Positions 1-8,449 of a DNA stretch of 64,000 bases are shown here, one piece after another (the first letter of the stretch is position 1; every line of letters begins with the position of its first letter). Source of the DNA: an uncultured Bacteroidota bacterium (GTDB lineage: Bacteria > Bacteroidota > Bacteroidia > Flavobacteriales_F > PHOS-HE28); NCBI GenBank assembly GCA_902826215.1, contig CADEDY010000004.1, forward strand, positions 68,667 to 132,666, in the 5' to 3' direction. The notes below the pieces were generated by a model, which saw only the letters and a list, made by a program, of their open reading frames with translations, ran no database searches and had not been told where the DNA came from. Made by a program: the position numbers and the translations under genes.

Positions 1-339
1 AACGGCTTTGCTGGAACCACCGGTGGACCCGCGATCGCGATCCAGACCATCGATGCCACGAGCATCGGCATCAACGAAAACGCGAACCGCGTAGAGATCA
101 CACCATACCCGAACCCGACAACCGACTACCTCCGTATTCCGATGAAGGGCTTCGCGGGCAAAGCAACGTTGCAGATCTTCGACCTGAATGGTTCAAAGGT
201 CGCTGAGCGCACGCTTGCGGTGGGTGGCAACAGCATCGCCACGGTGGACATGACCGGCATCGCAGCTGGTACCTACATGTTCCACATGGAGTTCGAGAAC
301 GGTCAGCGTTCCGATTTCCGTGCAGTGGTCGTGAAGTAA
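1..339 (+). CDS. C-terminal end of a T9SS-secreted protein (Por secretion C-terminal sorting domain); the 5' part lies upstream of the window
   Basis: The open frame runs from the window edge to a TAA at 337-339. The translated tail '...LQIFDLNGSKVAERTLAVGGNSIATVDMTGIAAGTYMFHMEFENGQRSDFRAVVVK' has the beta-sandwich pattern typical of T9SS type-A C-terminal domains (D.xG..V....., GxY, terminal K). Confidence 0.7.
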   Translation, partial: NGFAGTTGGPAIAIQTIDATSIGINENANRVEITPYPNPTTDYLRIPMKGFAGKATLQIFDLNGSKVAERTLAVGGNSIATVDMTGIAAGTYMFHMEFENGQRSDFRAVVVK

Positions 340-360
340 TTCAGTGCAGTCCGACCGAAT

Positions 361-395
361 GGCGGCCGCTCCGAAAGGGGCGGCCGCTTTTCATT
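361..395 (+). terminator. Rho-independent terminator hairpin
   Basis: GC-rich inverted repeat ggcggccgctcc-gaaa-ggggcggccgc followed by ttttcattc, immediately downstream of the stop at 339. Confidence 0.75.
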
Positions 396-491
396 CTGGG
401 AATGGTAGGTTGGTTCTGTGAGCAGGTTCGACCGGGATGCATACCGATCGCAGGATCCGAACGTTAGGCATCGAGATAAACCACCACGACC

Positions 492-2426
492 ATGTTCCGG
501 TATGCACTTCTGCTCGGCCTATTGTTCACCTCGCACCTGACCACCCACGCACAACAGGATGACCCCGACCACAGCCTTGCACCGCATTTCATCGTTCGCG
601 ATAGCACAGGCGCCCCGATAGAGGGCATCGACCTTCCCTTGATCTCGACACGCGCTGAAGTGCGGATCATCGGAACGATCGCGAATGTGACCATCCACCA
701 GTCCTATCGCAACGATCATCCCTCAAAACTTCAAGCCGAATACGTCTTTCCGGCGAGCACCCGTGCCGCTGTCCATGGCATGACGATGCGCGTCGGTGAG
801 CGCGTGATCGAAGCAAAGGTGAAGGAACGCGAAGAGGCCAAGAAGGAATTCGAGGAAGCACAGAAGGCGGGTAAGAAAGCGTCACTGCTCGAGCAGCACC
901 GGCCGAACGTATTCCAGATGAGTGTGGCCAACATAAGCTCGGGGATAGCGATCGACGTGGAGCTGCGGTACACCGAGAACATCATCCCGGAAGAGGGTGT
1001 GTACGAATTCATCTACCCCGTGGTGGTTGGCCAACGCTACGATGCCGGGCCACACGCATCCAACGAGAAATGGGCCCAGAATCCGCACACACAAACCTTG
1101 CAAAAGGACTTCGCTCAAGCTCGCCCGCGATTCGACTTCCACGCTACCATCGACGGTCCCTTGCCACTGAAGGACGTAGTGGTCCCGACCTACCCGTGCG
1201 ACATCACCTTTCCGAACGCGCAGCAAGCGGAGATCACCTTGAAGTCCAACGGCGCTAAGCATGACCATAACAATGACCTTGTGCTCCGATACCGGCTGAG
1301 CGATGAAGCCATCTCCACAGGTCTACTCACTGGCAGTAGCGGTGGCGAGAGTTTCTTCCTCCTGATGGCGGAGCCACCGAGGCGAGTACAAAGCACGCAA
1401 GTGGTGCCGCGCGAGTACGTGTTCATTCTTGATGTTTCGGGTTCCATGAACGGGTACCCGATCGACGTGGCGAAGAAAATGATGAAGCGGCTGTTCCGCG
1501 ACTTGCGTCCTCAGGACAAGTTCAATGTCATCCTCTTCGCAGGTGGATCAAGTCAATTGGCCGAGCGATCTCTGCATGCTACACCCGACGAACTGGCCGA
1601 AGCGTTCAGTTTTATTGCACAGCAGACCGGAAAAGGGGGAACAGAACTCCTGCCTGCCCTGGAGCGCGCCTTGAAGATCCCGCGTACCGAGGGCATTTCC
1701 CGCAGTTTCGTGATCGTGACGGATGGTTATGTCACCGTTGAGCGCGAGGCGTTCCAGCTGATCCGCGAGAACCTCGGGAATGCCAACGTATTTCCCTTCG
1801 GGATCGGGACGAGCGTGAACCGCTACTTGATCGAAGGATTGGCTCGTGCGGGACAGGGGCAGCCATTCATCGTGCTGGGTCAGAACGAAGTGGATGAAAC
1901 GGCCGAACAATTCGCGCAGTACGTGGAGGCGCCGGTGCTCACCGATATCTCCGTGAGCTATGAGGGTTTCGAGGTGGCCAAGGACGCCCCTGTGCACGTC
2001 GCCGACCTCTTCGCACAACGCCCGATCACACTGTATGGCAAGTACACGGGCAAGACCACAGGCATCATCGTCGTTCGCGGCACCACGGCTTCTGGAGCGT
2101 ACGAAAAGCGCATCGATGTGGCTTCCGCAACAGCACCCAAGGATGCCGATGCCCTGCGCTACCTGTGGGCACGGAACAGGATAGCGGAACTCGATGATGA
2201 CCAACAAACGACCAATGATGAGGACACCAAGGAGCGCATTGTCGAGCTCGGATTGAAGTACAACCTGCTCACCCGCTTCACGTCCTTCATTGCTGTGGAA
2301 GAGGACAAGGAGGTTGAAGAAACGACGATGCCTCCTGGTGCCGTTCCCGAGCCCCACGAATGGGCCATGATCGTGCTGGCCGGCCTCACGCTCCTATGGT
2401 TCGTACATCGTCAGCGCGCGGCTTGA
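492..2426 (+). CDS. XrtN-system VIT + von Willebrand A domain protein with a C-terminal PEP-CTERM sorting signal
   Basis: N-terminal signal peptide (MFRYALLLGLLFTSHLTTHAQ). A VIT-like region comes next, then a vWA MIDAS motif (VFILDVSGSMNGYPI...FNVILFAGGSS). The extreme C-terminus is VPEP-HEWAMIVLAGLTLLWFV-HRQRAA, i.e. PEP motif, TM helix and basic tail, the classic exosortase recognition signal. Confidence 0.85.
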   Translation: MFRYALLLGLLFTSHLTTHAQQDDPDHSLAPHFIVRDSTGAPIEGIDLPLISTRAEVRIIGTIANVTIHQSYRNDHPSKLQAEYVFPASTRAAVHGMTMRVGERVIEAKVKEREEAKKEFEEAQKAGKKASLLEQHRPNVFQMSVANISSGIAIDVELRYTENIIPEEGVYEFIYPVVVGQRYDAGPHASNEKWAQNPHTQTLQKDFAQARPRFDFHATIDGPLPLKDVVVPTYPCDITFPNAQQAEITLKSNGAKHDHNNDLVLRYRLSDEAISTGLLTGSSGGESFFLLMAEPPRRVQSTQVVPREYVFILDVSGSMNGYPIDVAKKMMKRLFRDLRPQDKFNVILFAGGSSQLAERSLHATPDELAEAFSFIAQQTGKGGTELLPALERALKIPRTEGISRSFVIVTDGYVTVEREAFQLIRENLGNANVFPFGIGTSVNRYLIEGLARAGQGQPFIVLGQNEVDETAEQFAQYVEAPVLTDISVSYEGFEVAKDAPVHVADLFAQRPITLYGKYTGKTTGIIVVRGTTASGAYEKRIDVASATAPKDADALRYLWARNRIAELDDDQQTTNDEDTKERIVELGLKYNLLTRFTSFIAVEEDKEVEETTMPPGAVPEPHEWAMIVLAGLTLLWFVHRQRAA

Positions 2427-3790
2427 TGGTCTTGCGCGGATCCATCCTTACTTCCGGAAAGTGGCGTGCAGGGCTCCTTTGTGTCGTGCTCTTCCTCTGT
2501 CTCTGGCCTGGACTGAGCGACCACGTGAGCGTGGAATGGGGCATGCGCTACTTCTGGCTCCTGCTACTACCGGTGATCATACGTGTCCGTGAGCCAGGGA
2601 ACTTTTCCTTGCGCTACCTCTTCGTCCTCGCTCCTTTGTTCGCGCTGGCTTTCTGGCTGCCACATCCGCTGTTCCGATTCGGTGTGCTGTTCGCTGCGAT
2701 CTTCCTGGTGATCGAAGCCTTCGTGGGCAAATTGGATCGCTTGGCTCCGGTCTTTGCTGTCCTCGTGGCACCCATCACCCATTACTTCATCAACACCTTC
2801 GGGTTCCACGTGCGATTGAGCATCAGCAAGGTCGTCGCTCGAACATTGAAGAGCATCGACCCGGAGGCGATGGACATCGGCAATGCGCTCATGTACCAGG
2901 GGCAGGAATTCCATGTGGACCCGGAATGCATGGGACTTCGGATGATCACCACTTCCTTGATCGTGACCATGGCGCTCATCGCCCTCCGCGAAAGACGCTT
3001 GAAGACCTCGCTTTCCGAGTTCGCGCTACCTGTTCTCCTGCTCGTGACCTTCGTGTTGGTCGCCGTTTCGAACTACGTGCGCATCCTACTGTTGGTGGTC
3101 AGTGCCGCGCCTGCGGGTGGTTTCTGGCATGAAGTCATCGGGTTGATCAGCTGGCTGCTCTTCGTGTTGCTACCCATGATCCACATTGTGGAGCGTTGGG
3201 ACCGGGTTCGATCCGTTGCCTCAATGACCAAGACCGTGTGGCCGATCTGGAAACAACGTCTTGTCACCACCGCGCTTCTCCCGACCATGCTGGTCGGGAT
3301 GATCCACCCGGTGGTACCAGTGGAGGATGAACGCGACCTCTTCGCTGAGCAATTGAACATACCCGGCTGTGAACGGACCATCCTTCCCAACAACGTGGTG
3401 AGCTTCACCAGTGATCATCTGCAGATCTTCATGAAACCCGGAAAGGCATTCTACAGCAACGACCACCACCCGATGAGCTGTTGGATCGGGAGTGGCTACC
3501 ACTTCACGCACGAAGTCCTCGAACCCTTCCGTGATGGCACGATCTGCTTCGGGCAATTGAGCAATGGCGCATCCACACGGTACTCCGCATGGTGGTATGA
3601 CAATGGTTCCACCCGCACCTGCGGTCAGTTGGAGTGGCGTTGGCTTGCCGCACTTGGCGAAGGTCCGTTCCGGTTGATCAATGTCACGGCCGACACGCCT
3701 CAAGAATTGATGCGGGAGGTATCGCGGCTTTACCGACCGTTGGAGGCTGAAGGGCACCTACTGAAAGGAACGCAGATGACGCTGATGTAG
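2426..3790 (+). CDS. Exosortase (XrtN-like) with a ~170-aa Cys/Trp/His-rich C-terminal extension
   Basis: Polytopic membrane protein (about 8 TM). It contains the exosortase catalytic motif ECMGLRMITTSL (Cys-x-Gly-Leu-Arg), and conserved Arg/His lie downstream. The ATG at 2426 overlaps the TGA of the upstream VIT gene (TGATG), indicating translational coupling. The six-frame track starts the ORF at 2360, but 2426 avoids the gene overlap. Confidence 0.8.
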   Translation: MVLRGSILTSGKWRAGLLCVVLFLCLWPGLSDHVSVEWGMRYFWLLLLPVIIRVREPGNFSLRYLFVLAPLFALAFWLPHPLFRFGVLFAAIFLVIEAFVGKLDRLAPVFAVLVAPITHYFINTFGFHVRLSISKVVARTLKSIDPEAMDIGNALMYQGQEFHVDPECMGLRMITTSLIVTMALIALRERRLKTSLSEFALPVLLLVTFVLVAVSNYVRILLLVVSAAPAGGFWHEVIGLISWLLFVLLPMIHIVERWDRVRSVASMTKTVWPIWKQRLVTTALLPTMLVGMIHPVVPVEDERDLFAEQLNIPGCERTILPNNVVSFTSDHLQIFMKPGKAFYSNDHHPMSCWIGSGYHFTHEVLEPFRDGTICFGQLSNGASTRYSAWWYDNGSTRTCGQLEWRWLAALGEGPFRLINVTADTPQELMREVSRLYRPLEAEGHLLKGTQMTLM

Positions 3791-3870
3791 CGGATCAACG
3801 CTGATCCGCTCAATCCCTCTCTATCTCAGATCTGCGCTCATCAAAACGATCCGCGTCATCCGTGTTCCAT
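3790..3870. repeat. Copy of the ~45-bp 'GAACGC-GATGACGCGGATC' intergenic repeat family, preceded by a near-palindrome GCGGATCAACGCTGATCCGC
   Basis: The sequence tcatcaaaacgatccgcgtcatccgtgttccat is the reverse complement of atggaacacggatgacgcggatcgttttgatga. This matches the copies at 7888, 7968, 8421, 9328, 9444 and 10279. Confidence 0.6.
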
Positions 3871-3871
3871 C

Positions 3872-4315
3872 CTACTCCCCGATATCCTCGTTCCACAGCT
3901 CCGGCTCGGCTGCGATGAACTCCTCCATCATCTGCACACACTCCGGCAGGTTCAGGTCGATCACCTCCACGCCGTGGCTCTCCATGAAGGCCTTGGCACC
4001 AGCGAATGTGCGGCTCTCGCCCACGATCACCTTCTTGATCTTGAACTGCACGATGGTGCCCGCGCACATGTAGCAGGGCATCAGCGTCGAATAGATCGTG
4101 GTGCCCTTGTAGCTGCCGATGCGGCCCGCGTTGTTCAGACAGTCCATCTCGCCATGCAGGATCGGGTTCTTCTCCTGCACGCGCTTGTTGTGCCCCCGTG
4201 CGATGATCTTGCCGTCGCGCACCAGCACCGAGCCGATCGGGATACCGCCCTGTGAACGGCCCAAGCGGGCTTCGTCGATGGCGGCTTGCATGTGGGGGTC
4301 CATGGTGTAGGTCAT
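3872..4315 (-). CDS. CDA-fold nucleoside deaminase, Fcy1-like; probably a cytosine deaminase feeding the pyrimidine catabolic pathway
   Basis: Zinc-ligand motifs HGE (…NPILHGEMDCLNNAG…) and PCYMCAG. About 147 aa, comparable to the ~158-aa yeast Fcy1 as recalled. Located inside the pyrimidine-catabolism operon. Confidence 0.7.
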   Translation of the reverse strand: MTYTMDPHMQAAIDEARLGRSQGGIPIGSVLVRDGKIIARGHNKRVQEKNPILHGEMDCLNNAGRIGSYKGTTIYSTLMPCYMCAGTIVQFKIKKVIVGESRTFAGAKAFMESHGVEVIDLNLPECVQMMEEFIAAEPELWNEDIGE

Positions 4316-4584
4316 TTATCCGTTACATCAGCCCGAAGCACTCCAGCGTCATTCTTTCCACACATGCCGCAATACTCGGACTCATTCTTCTTGTTGTCAC
4401 ACCACTTACATCCCTTCGGATTCTTCAATGGAAATAGATGAACTATGAAGTAGCCGAATATGGGCGTGGCCAAGACGCAAATGGCCAAGGCCCCTGCAAA
4501 ACCACATGTTCGCGGTCGTCCATCCTGCCACGCCATCCCAACAACTAAGACAAGGAAAATGACACCTATGATGTAGTCCATCAA
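4312..4584 (-). CDS. Small membrane protein with a C-terminal CxxC..CxxC zinc-ribbon (hypothetical)
   Basis: Two predicted TM helices are followed by CKWCDNKKNESEYCGMCGK. Its stop overlaps the start of the deaminase (ATGA), and it sits between preA and the deaminase gene. Confidence 0.45.
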   Translation of the reverse strand: MMDYIIGVIFLVLVVGMAWQDGRPRTCGFAGALAICVLATPIFGYFIVHLFPLKNPKGCKWCDNKKNESEYCGMCGKNDAGVLRADVTDK

Positions 4585-4597
4585 ACTTGTGATCTGG

Positions 4598-5947
4598 TTA
4601 CCCTTTGTAGTGCCTTGGCTTCTTCGTCACCAACGCCTCCGCTGGCTCCGGCACCCAATGATGCAGCCCACCAGCCAGCGGATCGTCAAACGTCTTCGGA
4701 ATGTTCCCTGCCGCCGTGCGCTCACCCCAAGTCAGTTGCTCCTTGCCGTCATCGCGGCGCTCCATGGTGATGCACTCTTCCACCGGACAAACGATGGAGC
4801 AGAGGTTGCAGCCCACGCAGTTCTCCTCGATGATGCTCGGAATGCGGATCAGCGGGTCGCTGGATAGACCGATGGCCTGGTGCGCACCGTCCTCGCAGGC
4901 GGTGTAGCACAGCTGGCAGCCGATGCACTTGTCGGCGTTGATCTCCGCGACGACCTTGTACTTCAGGTTGAGGTCCTCCCAATGCACGATGTTCGGCAGC
5001 GCCTTGCCCCGGAAATCATCCAAGGTCTTGAAGCCCTTCTCGTCCATGTAGCGCTCTAGGCCTGACTTGAGATCGCGGATGATGCCGAAGCCGTAGTGCA
5101 TGACCGCAGTGCAGACTTGCACCGAGGTGGCACCGAGCAGAATGAACTCCGCCGCATCGCGCCAGTTCTCGACACCACCTATACCGCTGATGGGTATTCC
5201 CACTTGCTTGTCCTGCGCACAGTTCTTCAGCATGTTCAAGGCGATCGGCTTCACGGCCGGACCGCAGTAGCCGCCGTTCGTGCTCTTGCCATCCACGTTG
5301 GGGTATGGCACGAAGGTGTCCAGGTCCACGCCCACCACACTTTGGATGGTGTTGATCAAGGAGATCGCATCGCTCCCACCAGCCCTGGCCGCGCGCGCCG
5401 GACGCGTGATATCCGAGATGTTCGGTGTGAGCTTCGTGATCACGGGGATCTTGGCCACTTCCTTCACCCACTCAACAATGGTCTGCAACACCTTCGGCTC
5501 CTGCCCCACCGCGCTGCCCATGCCGCGCTCGCACATGCCGTGGGGGCAACCGAAGTTCAGCTCGATGCCATCGGCGCCAGCGTTCTCCACGTCGCGGACG
5601 ATCTGGTGCCATTCCTCCTTCGTCTCCACCATCAGCGAGGCGATCACCGCATGGTCAGGGAAACGCTTCTTCACCTCGCTGATCTCGCGCAGGTTGTCCT
5701 TTAACGGCCGGTCGGTGATCAGCTCGATGTTGTTGAAACCCACCATGCGCTTGTCCCGGTAGTTCACAGCGCCGTAGCGGCTGCTGACATTCACCACTGG
5801 CACGCCGAGGGTCTTCCACACGGCACCGCCCCAGCCCGCGTCGAAGGCTTTCATGATCTGGTAGCCGCTGTTCGTGGGTGGCGCGGAGGCCAGCCAGAAA
5901 GGGTTCGGGGATTTGATACCGGCGAGATTGGTTCGGAGATCGGCCAT
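4598..5947 (-). CDS. preA: NAD-dependent dihydropyrimidine dehydrogenase subunit PreA (DHOD-like TIM barrel + 2x[4Fe-4S])
   Basis: N-terminus MADLRTNLAGIKSPNPFWLASAPPTN. FMN/DHODH-like core (GADGIELNFGCPHGM). Two C-terminal ferredoxin motifs, CIGCQLCYTACEDG and CVGCNLCSIVCPVEEC. Confidence 0.9.
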   Translation of the reverse strand: MADLRTNLAGIKSPNPFWLASAPPTNSGYQIMKAFDAGWGGAVWKTLGVPVVNVSSRYGAVNYRDKRMVGFNNIELITDRPLKDNLREISEVKKRFPDHAVIASLMVETKEEWHQIVRDVENAGADGIELNFGCPHGMCERGMGSAVGQEPKVLQTIVEWVKEVAKIPVITKLTPNISDITRPARAARAGGSDAISLINTIQSVVGVDLDTFVPYPNVDGKSTNGGYCGPAVKPIALNMLKNCAQDKQVGIPISGIGGVENWRDAAEFILLGATSVQVCTAVMHYGFGIIRDLKSGLERYMDEKGFKTLDDFRGKALPNIVHWEDLNLKYKVVAEINADKCIGCQLCYTACEDGAHQAIGLSSDPLIRIPSIIEENCVGCNLCSIVCPVEECITMERRDDGKEQLTWGERTAAGNIPKTFDDPLAGGLHHWVPEPAEALVTKKPRHYKG

Positions 5948-5949
5948 TT

Positions 5950-5986
5950 GATTAGCTGATTAGCTGATGTGACGATTAGCTGATGG
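5950..5986. repeat. Left terminal inverted repeat of the four-helix-bundle gene cassette (GATTAGCTGAT x3)
   Basis: gattagctgat-tagctgat-gtgac-gattagctgatgg. Its reverse complement, CCATCAGCTAATC, recurs at 6549-6561. Confidence 0.65.
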
Positions 5987-6000
5987 TTGGCGGGCGACAG

Positions 6001-6528
6001 CTACTTGGTGGACTTCGTTCGTTCGATCAAACGTTGCTTACTCGTTCCGATGATCTTATTGAGGATGCGCATGACACGTTGGATGCGGGCGATGAGGTCC
6101 TCATCAATGCCTTTGTCTTGGGTCGCGGCGATGAGGTAATACCAATATTCGGCTTCGTCGGCTTCCTTCAACGCGATCTTCAGCTTGTGAATGAAGTCCT
6201 TCAGGCTTTCGGCATTCTGGGCTTCCTTGGAATTCGCTCCTGGCGAACATGCCGACCGCTCGAACTGGTCGATCAACCATGCGCGCTCACAACCGAGTTG
6301 GTTCACGAATCGGATTGTGCGAACGGACAATTCAAAAGTCTCCTTGAGCAGCAGGTTCTCGCGATACAACGGGCTACCGGAATAGCTGGCCTGCGGCTCG
6401 TGAGCGACCATTGCGTCAAGCTGCTCCACACGATCTTCCTCGATCACAGCATCGCAGATCGCCAGCCAATCGGAGCGATCCCCAGTGATAAACTCATCAT
6501 GCTCTTCCATCATGCCAGGCATTTTCAT
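6001..6528 (-). CDS. Four-helix-bundle protein (TIGR02436-like; 23S rRNA intervening-sequence protein family) inserted between preT and preA
   Basis: The C-terminal half, SKEAQNAESLKDFIHKLKIALKEADEAEYWYYLIAATQ, matches the hallmark of this family. A possible shorter start lies at the ATG at 6411-6409 (MVAHEPQ...). Confidence 0.75.
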   Translation of the reverse strand: MKMPGMMEEHDEFITGDRSDWLAICDAVIEEDRVEQLDAMVAHEPQASYSGSPLYRENLLLKETFELSVRTIRFVNQLGCERAWLIDQFERSACSPGANSKEAQNAESLKDFIHKLKIALKEADEAEYWYYLIAATQDKGIDEDLIARIQRVMRILNKIIGTSKQRLIERTKSTK

Positions 6529-6561
6529 CAGCTGATCCGCTAATCATCCCATCAGCTAATC
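6527..6561. repeat. Right terminal inverted repeat of the four-helix-bundle cassette (ATCAGCTGATCC...CCATCAGCTAATC)
   Basis: It is the reverse complement of the left-hand GATTAGCTGATGG. It contains the cassette gene's start codon (6526-6528) and the preT stop codon (6560-6562). Confidence 0.65.
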
Positions 6562-7882
6562 ACTTCCCCAAGTAGGTATCGATCCCATGCGCCGCCTTCT
6601 TCGCTTCAGCCGCCGCGTTCACCACTTCCACACCACCGTTCATCGCATCCCCTGCAGTAAAGTATTTGGCGTTGGTCGTTTGGAAGCGCTCATTCACCAC
6701 GATGCGCCCTTTCTGATCCAACATGAGGCCTGAGACCTGCTTCAACAGTTCCACTTGTTTTCCTTGACCGGTCCCCAGCAACACCATATCACAAGGTTCC
6801 AGGAACTCGCTGCCCTTGATGGCTTCCAGCTTCCCATTGGCGGAACTGTTCCGGATGAACTTGACCCCGGTCACGGAGCCATTGCCCATCACTTCAACGG
6901 GCGTCACATTGAACAGTGCCTTCGCACCGCTCTTCTTCGCCAGATCGAACTCGAAGGTGTACGCACCCATCTCTTCCGGACCACGACGATAGGCTATCGT
7001 CACGCTCTCCGCGCCCATCCGGCAGCTTTCGCTCGCGGCATCCATCGCTGTGTTTCCGCCCCCGAGCACGATCACCTTGTTGCCGACCGGCGTTGCTTGG
7101 TGCTTGTTCCGCAGTACTTCCACGAACTCAAGCGCACCCATCACGCCTTTCTTGTCTTCGCCGGGAATGCCTAGCGCCGAAGTGCCGCCCAAGCCGATGC
7201 CGATGAAGATGGCGTCATAGTCCTTCTCCAAGCGCTCAAAGTCAACACGACCGGTCACTGGCTTGTTGTAGTGGGCGTTGAAACCGAACTGCTCCTGCAA
7301 GTAAGCGATCTCATCAACCGCTTCTTCGTTGGTGAGCTTGTACGGTGCGACGCCATAAACACACAAGCCACTTGGCTTTTCGCGCGCCTCGTAGATATCC
7401 ACCGCGTGGCCCAACATCCGCAATTCACACGCACAGGAAACACCCGCTGGCCCCGCACCGATCACAGCTACCTTCTTGCCTGTCGGCTTCCCGGTGATGA
7501 AGAGCTTCTTCTTCGCGTGGATCACCTTGTCCGTGGCATGTGCCTGCAAGCGCCCGATCTCGATCGGCTTCACATCGCTTTTGGTGTACACGCAGGCCCC
7601 TTCGCACAGTTCCTCCGTCGGACAGACGTTCCCGCAGGCATGTCCCATCCAGTTGCTGTCGTAGATCGTCTTCGCGGCCCCGTCCTTGTTGTCGTTGTTG
7701 ATCTGCCGGATGAAGGTCGGGATATCGATCCCCGTGGGGCACGCGTTGATGCACGGCGCATCGTAGCAATACAGGCAGCGCGAACTCTCGTAGTACGCCT
7801 CGGTATCGCTCATCAGCGGCTTCTTCGGGTGGAAGTTGGCTGTGAACTCGGCTTCGGTGGTGGGTCGTTTGTATTCTGCCAT
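6560..7882 (-). CDS. preT: Dihydropyrimidine dehydrogenase subunit PreT (glutamate synthase small-subunit-like, FAD/NAD(P) + [4Fe-4S])
   Basis: MAEYKRPTTEAEFTANF...YCYDAPCINACPTGIDIP...CGNVCPTEELCEGAC, followed by Rossmann motifs VAVIGAGPAG and VIVLGGGNTAMD. The six-frame track starts this ORF at 8110, but the 76 codons upstream of 7882 merely translate the tandem DNA repeat, so the start is placed at 7882. Confidence 0.88.
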   Translation of the reverse strand: MAEYKRPTTEAEFTANFHPKKPLMSDTEAYYESSRCLYCYDAPCINACPTGIDIPTFIRQINNDNKDGAAKTIYDSNWMGHACGNVCPTEELCEGACVYTKSDVKPIEIGRLQAHATDKVIHAKKKLFITGKPTGKKVAVIGAGPAGVSCACELRMLGHAVDIYEAREKPSGLCVYGVAPYKLTNEEAVDEIAYLQEQFGFNAHYNKPVTGRVDFERLEKDYDAIFIGIGLGGTSALGIPGEDKKGVMGALEFVEVLRNKHQATPVGNKVIVLGGGNTAMDAASESCRMGAESVTIAYRRGPEEMGAYTFEFDLAKKSGAKALFNVTPVEVMGNGSVTGVKFIRNSSANGKLEAIKGSEFLEPCDMVLLGTGQGKQVELLKQVSGLMLDQKGRIVVNERFQTTNAKYFTAGDAMNGGVEVVNAAAEAKKAAHGIDTYLGK

Positions 7883-7887
7883 GGGGA

Positions 7888-7934
7888 ATGGGACGCAGAT
7901 GGCGCGGATCTTTATGATTTCCGCTGATATGATT
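7888..7934. repeat. ~47-bp repeat element, copy 1 of a tandem pair with 80-bp period (gggacgcagatggcgcggatctttatgatttccgctgatatgatttg)
   Basis: Direct repeat of 7968-8015. Member of the GATGACGCGGATC family. Lies immediately upstream of the preT start. Confidence 0.7.
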
Positions 7935-7967
7935 TGTCGGTGTGGTGCGTGGGGTGCTTCATGCGAT

Positions 7968-8015
7968 GGGACGCAGATGACGCGGATCTTTATGATATCC
8001 GCTGATATGAGTTTG
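7968..8015. repeat. ~47-bp repeat element, copy 2; left inverted repeat of the GxxExxY cassette
   Basis: gggacgcagatgacgcggatctttatgatatccgctgatatgagtttg. The reverse complement of its core is found at 8421-8449. Confidence 0.7.
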
Positions 8016-8409
8016 TATGGACCTTCCTTTTGACTTGGGGCTTCTTGCCGAAGTTCAGGAGCAAGCCGACTTCCACATCGGTGGCTTTGAGGTAGTTGAT
8101 CAACTGGCACTCGTGCTCTTCGCAGATGCTCTCCGCAGCTTTGAGTTCCACGATGACCAGTCCCTCGACGATAAGGTCGGCATAGTAGCTACCGACCTCC
8201 ACGCCATCATAGAACACCGTGATCGGTTGTTGACGCTTTACCTCGAGCCCAGCGGAGATTAACTCATGGAACATGGCGTTCTCATAGACCTTTTCCAAAA
8301 ACCCGTAGCCCAAGGCGTTGTAGACCTTGTAGAACATCTGAATGACCTGCTCGGTCAGTTCAGAATGCATGTAGTTCTCTTTATTCAGATCAGGCATGGC
8401 AATTCGCAT
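7990..8409 (-). CDS. GxxExxY protein (TIGR04256-like, PD-(D/E)XK-related) inserted between the beta-ureidopropionase gene and preT
   Basis: YKVYNALGYGFLEKVYENAMFHEL ... VIVELKAAE ... GLLLNFG match the family signature. The 3' end of the ORF runs into repeat copy 2. Confidence 0.75.
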   Translation of the reverse strand: MRIAMPDLNKENYMHSELTEQVIQMFYKVYNALGYGFLEKVYENAMFHELISAGLEVKRQQPITVFYDGVEVGSYYADLIVEGLVIVELKAAESICEEHECQLINYLKATDVEVGLLLNFGKKPQVKRKVHTNSYQRIS

Positions 8410-8420
8410 TGATCCGCGCT

Positions 8421-8449
8421 CATCATAAAGATCCGCGTCATCAGCGTTC
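8421..8449. repeat. Right inverted repeat of the GxxExxY cassette (catcataaagatccgcgtcatcagcgttc)
   Basis: It is the reverse complement of gaacgctgatgacgcggatctttatgatg, which is copy 2 at 7968. Confidence 0.7.

Noticed and set aside
7888-8015. Possible CRISPR array (direct repeats with 80-bp period)
   Set aside because: There are only two repeat units and no cas genes. The repeat belongs to a dispersed inverted-repeat family that flanks small genes.
7883-8110. 76-codon N-terminal extension of preT in the ORF track
   Set aside because: This stretch is simply the translation of the tandem 47-bp repeats, seen as duplicated ISADIIKIRVICVP peptides. The real start is the ATG at 7882.
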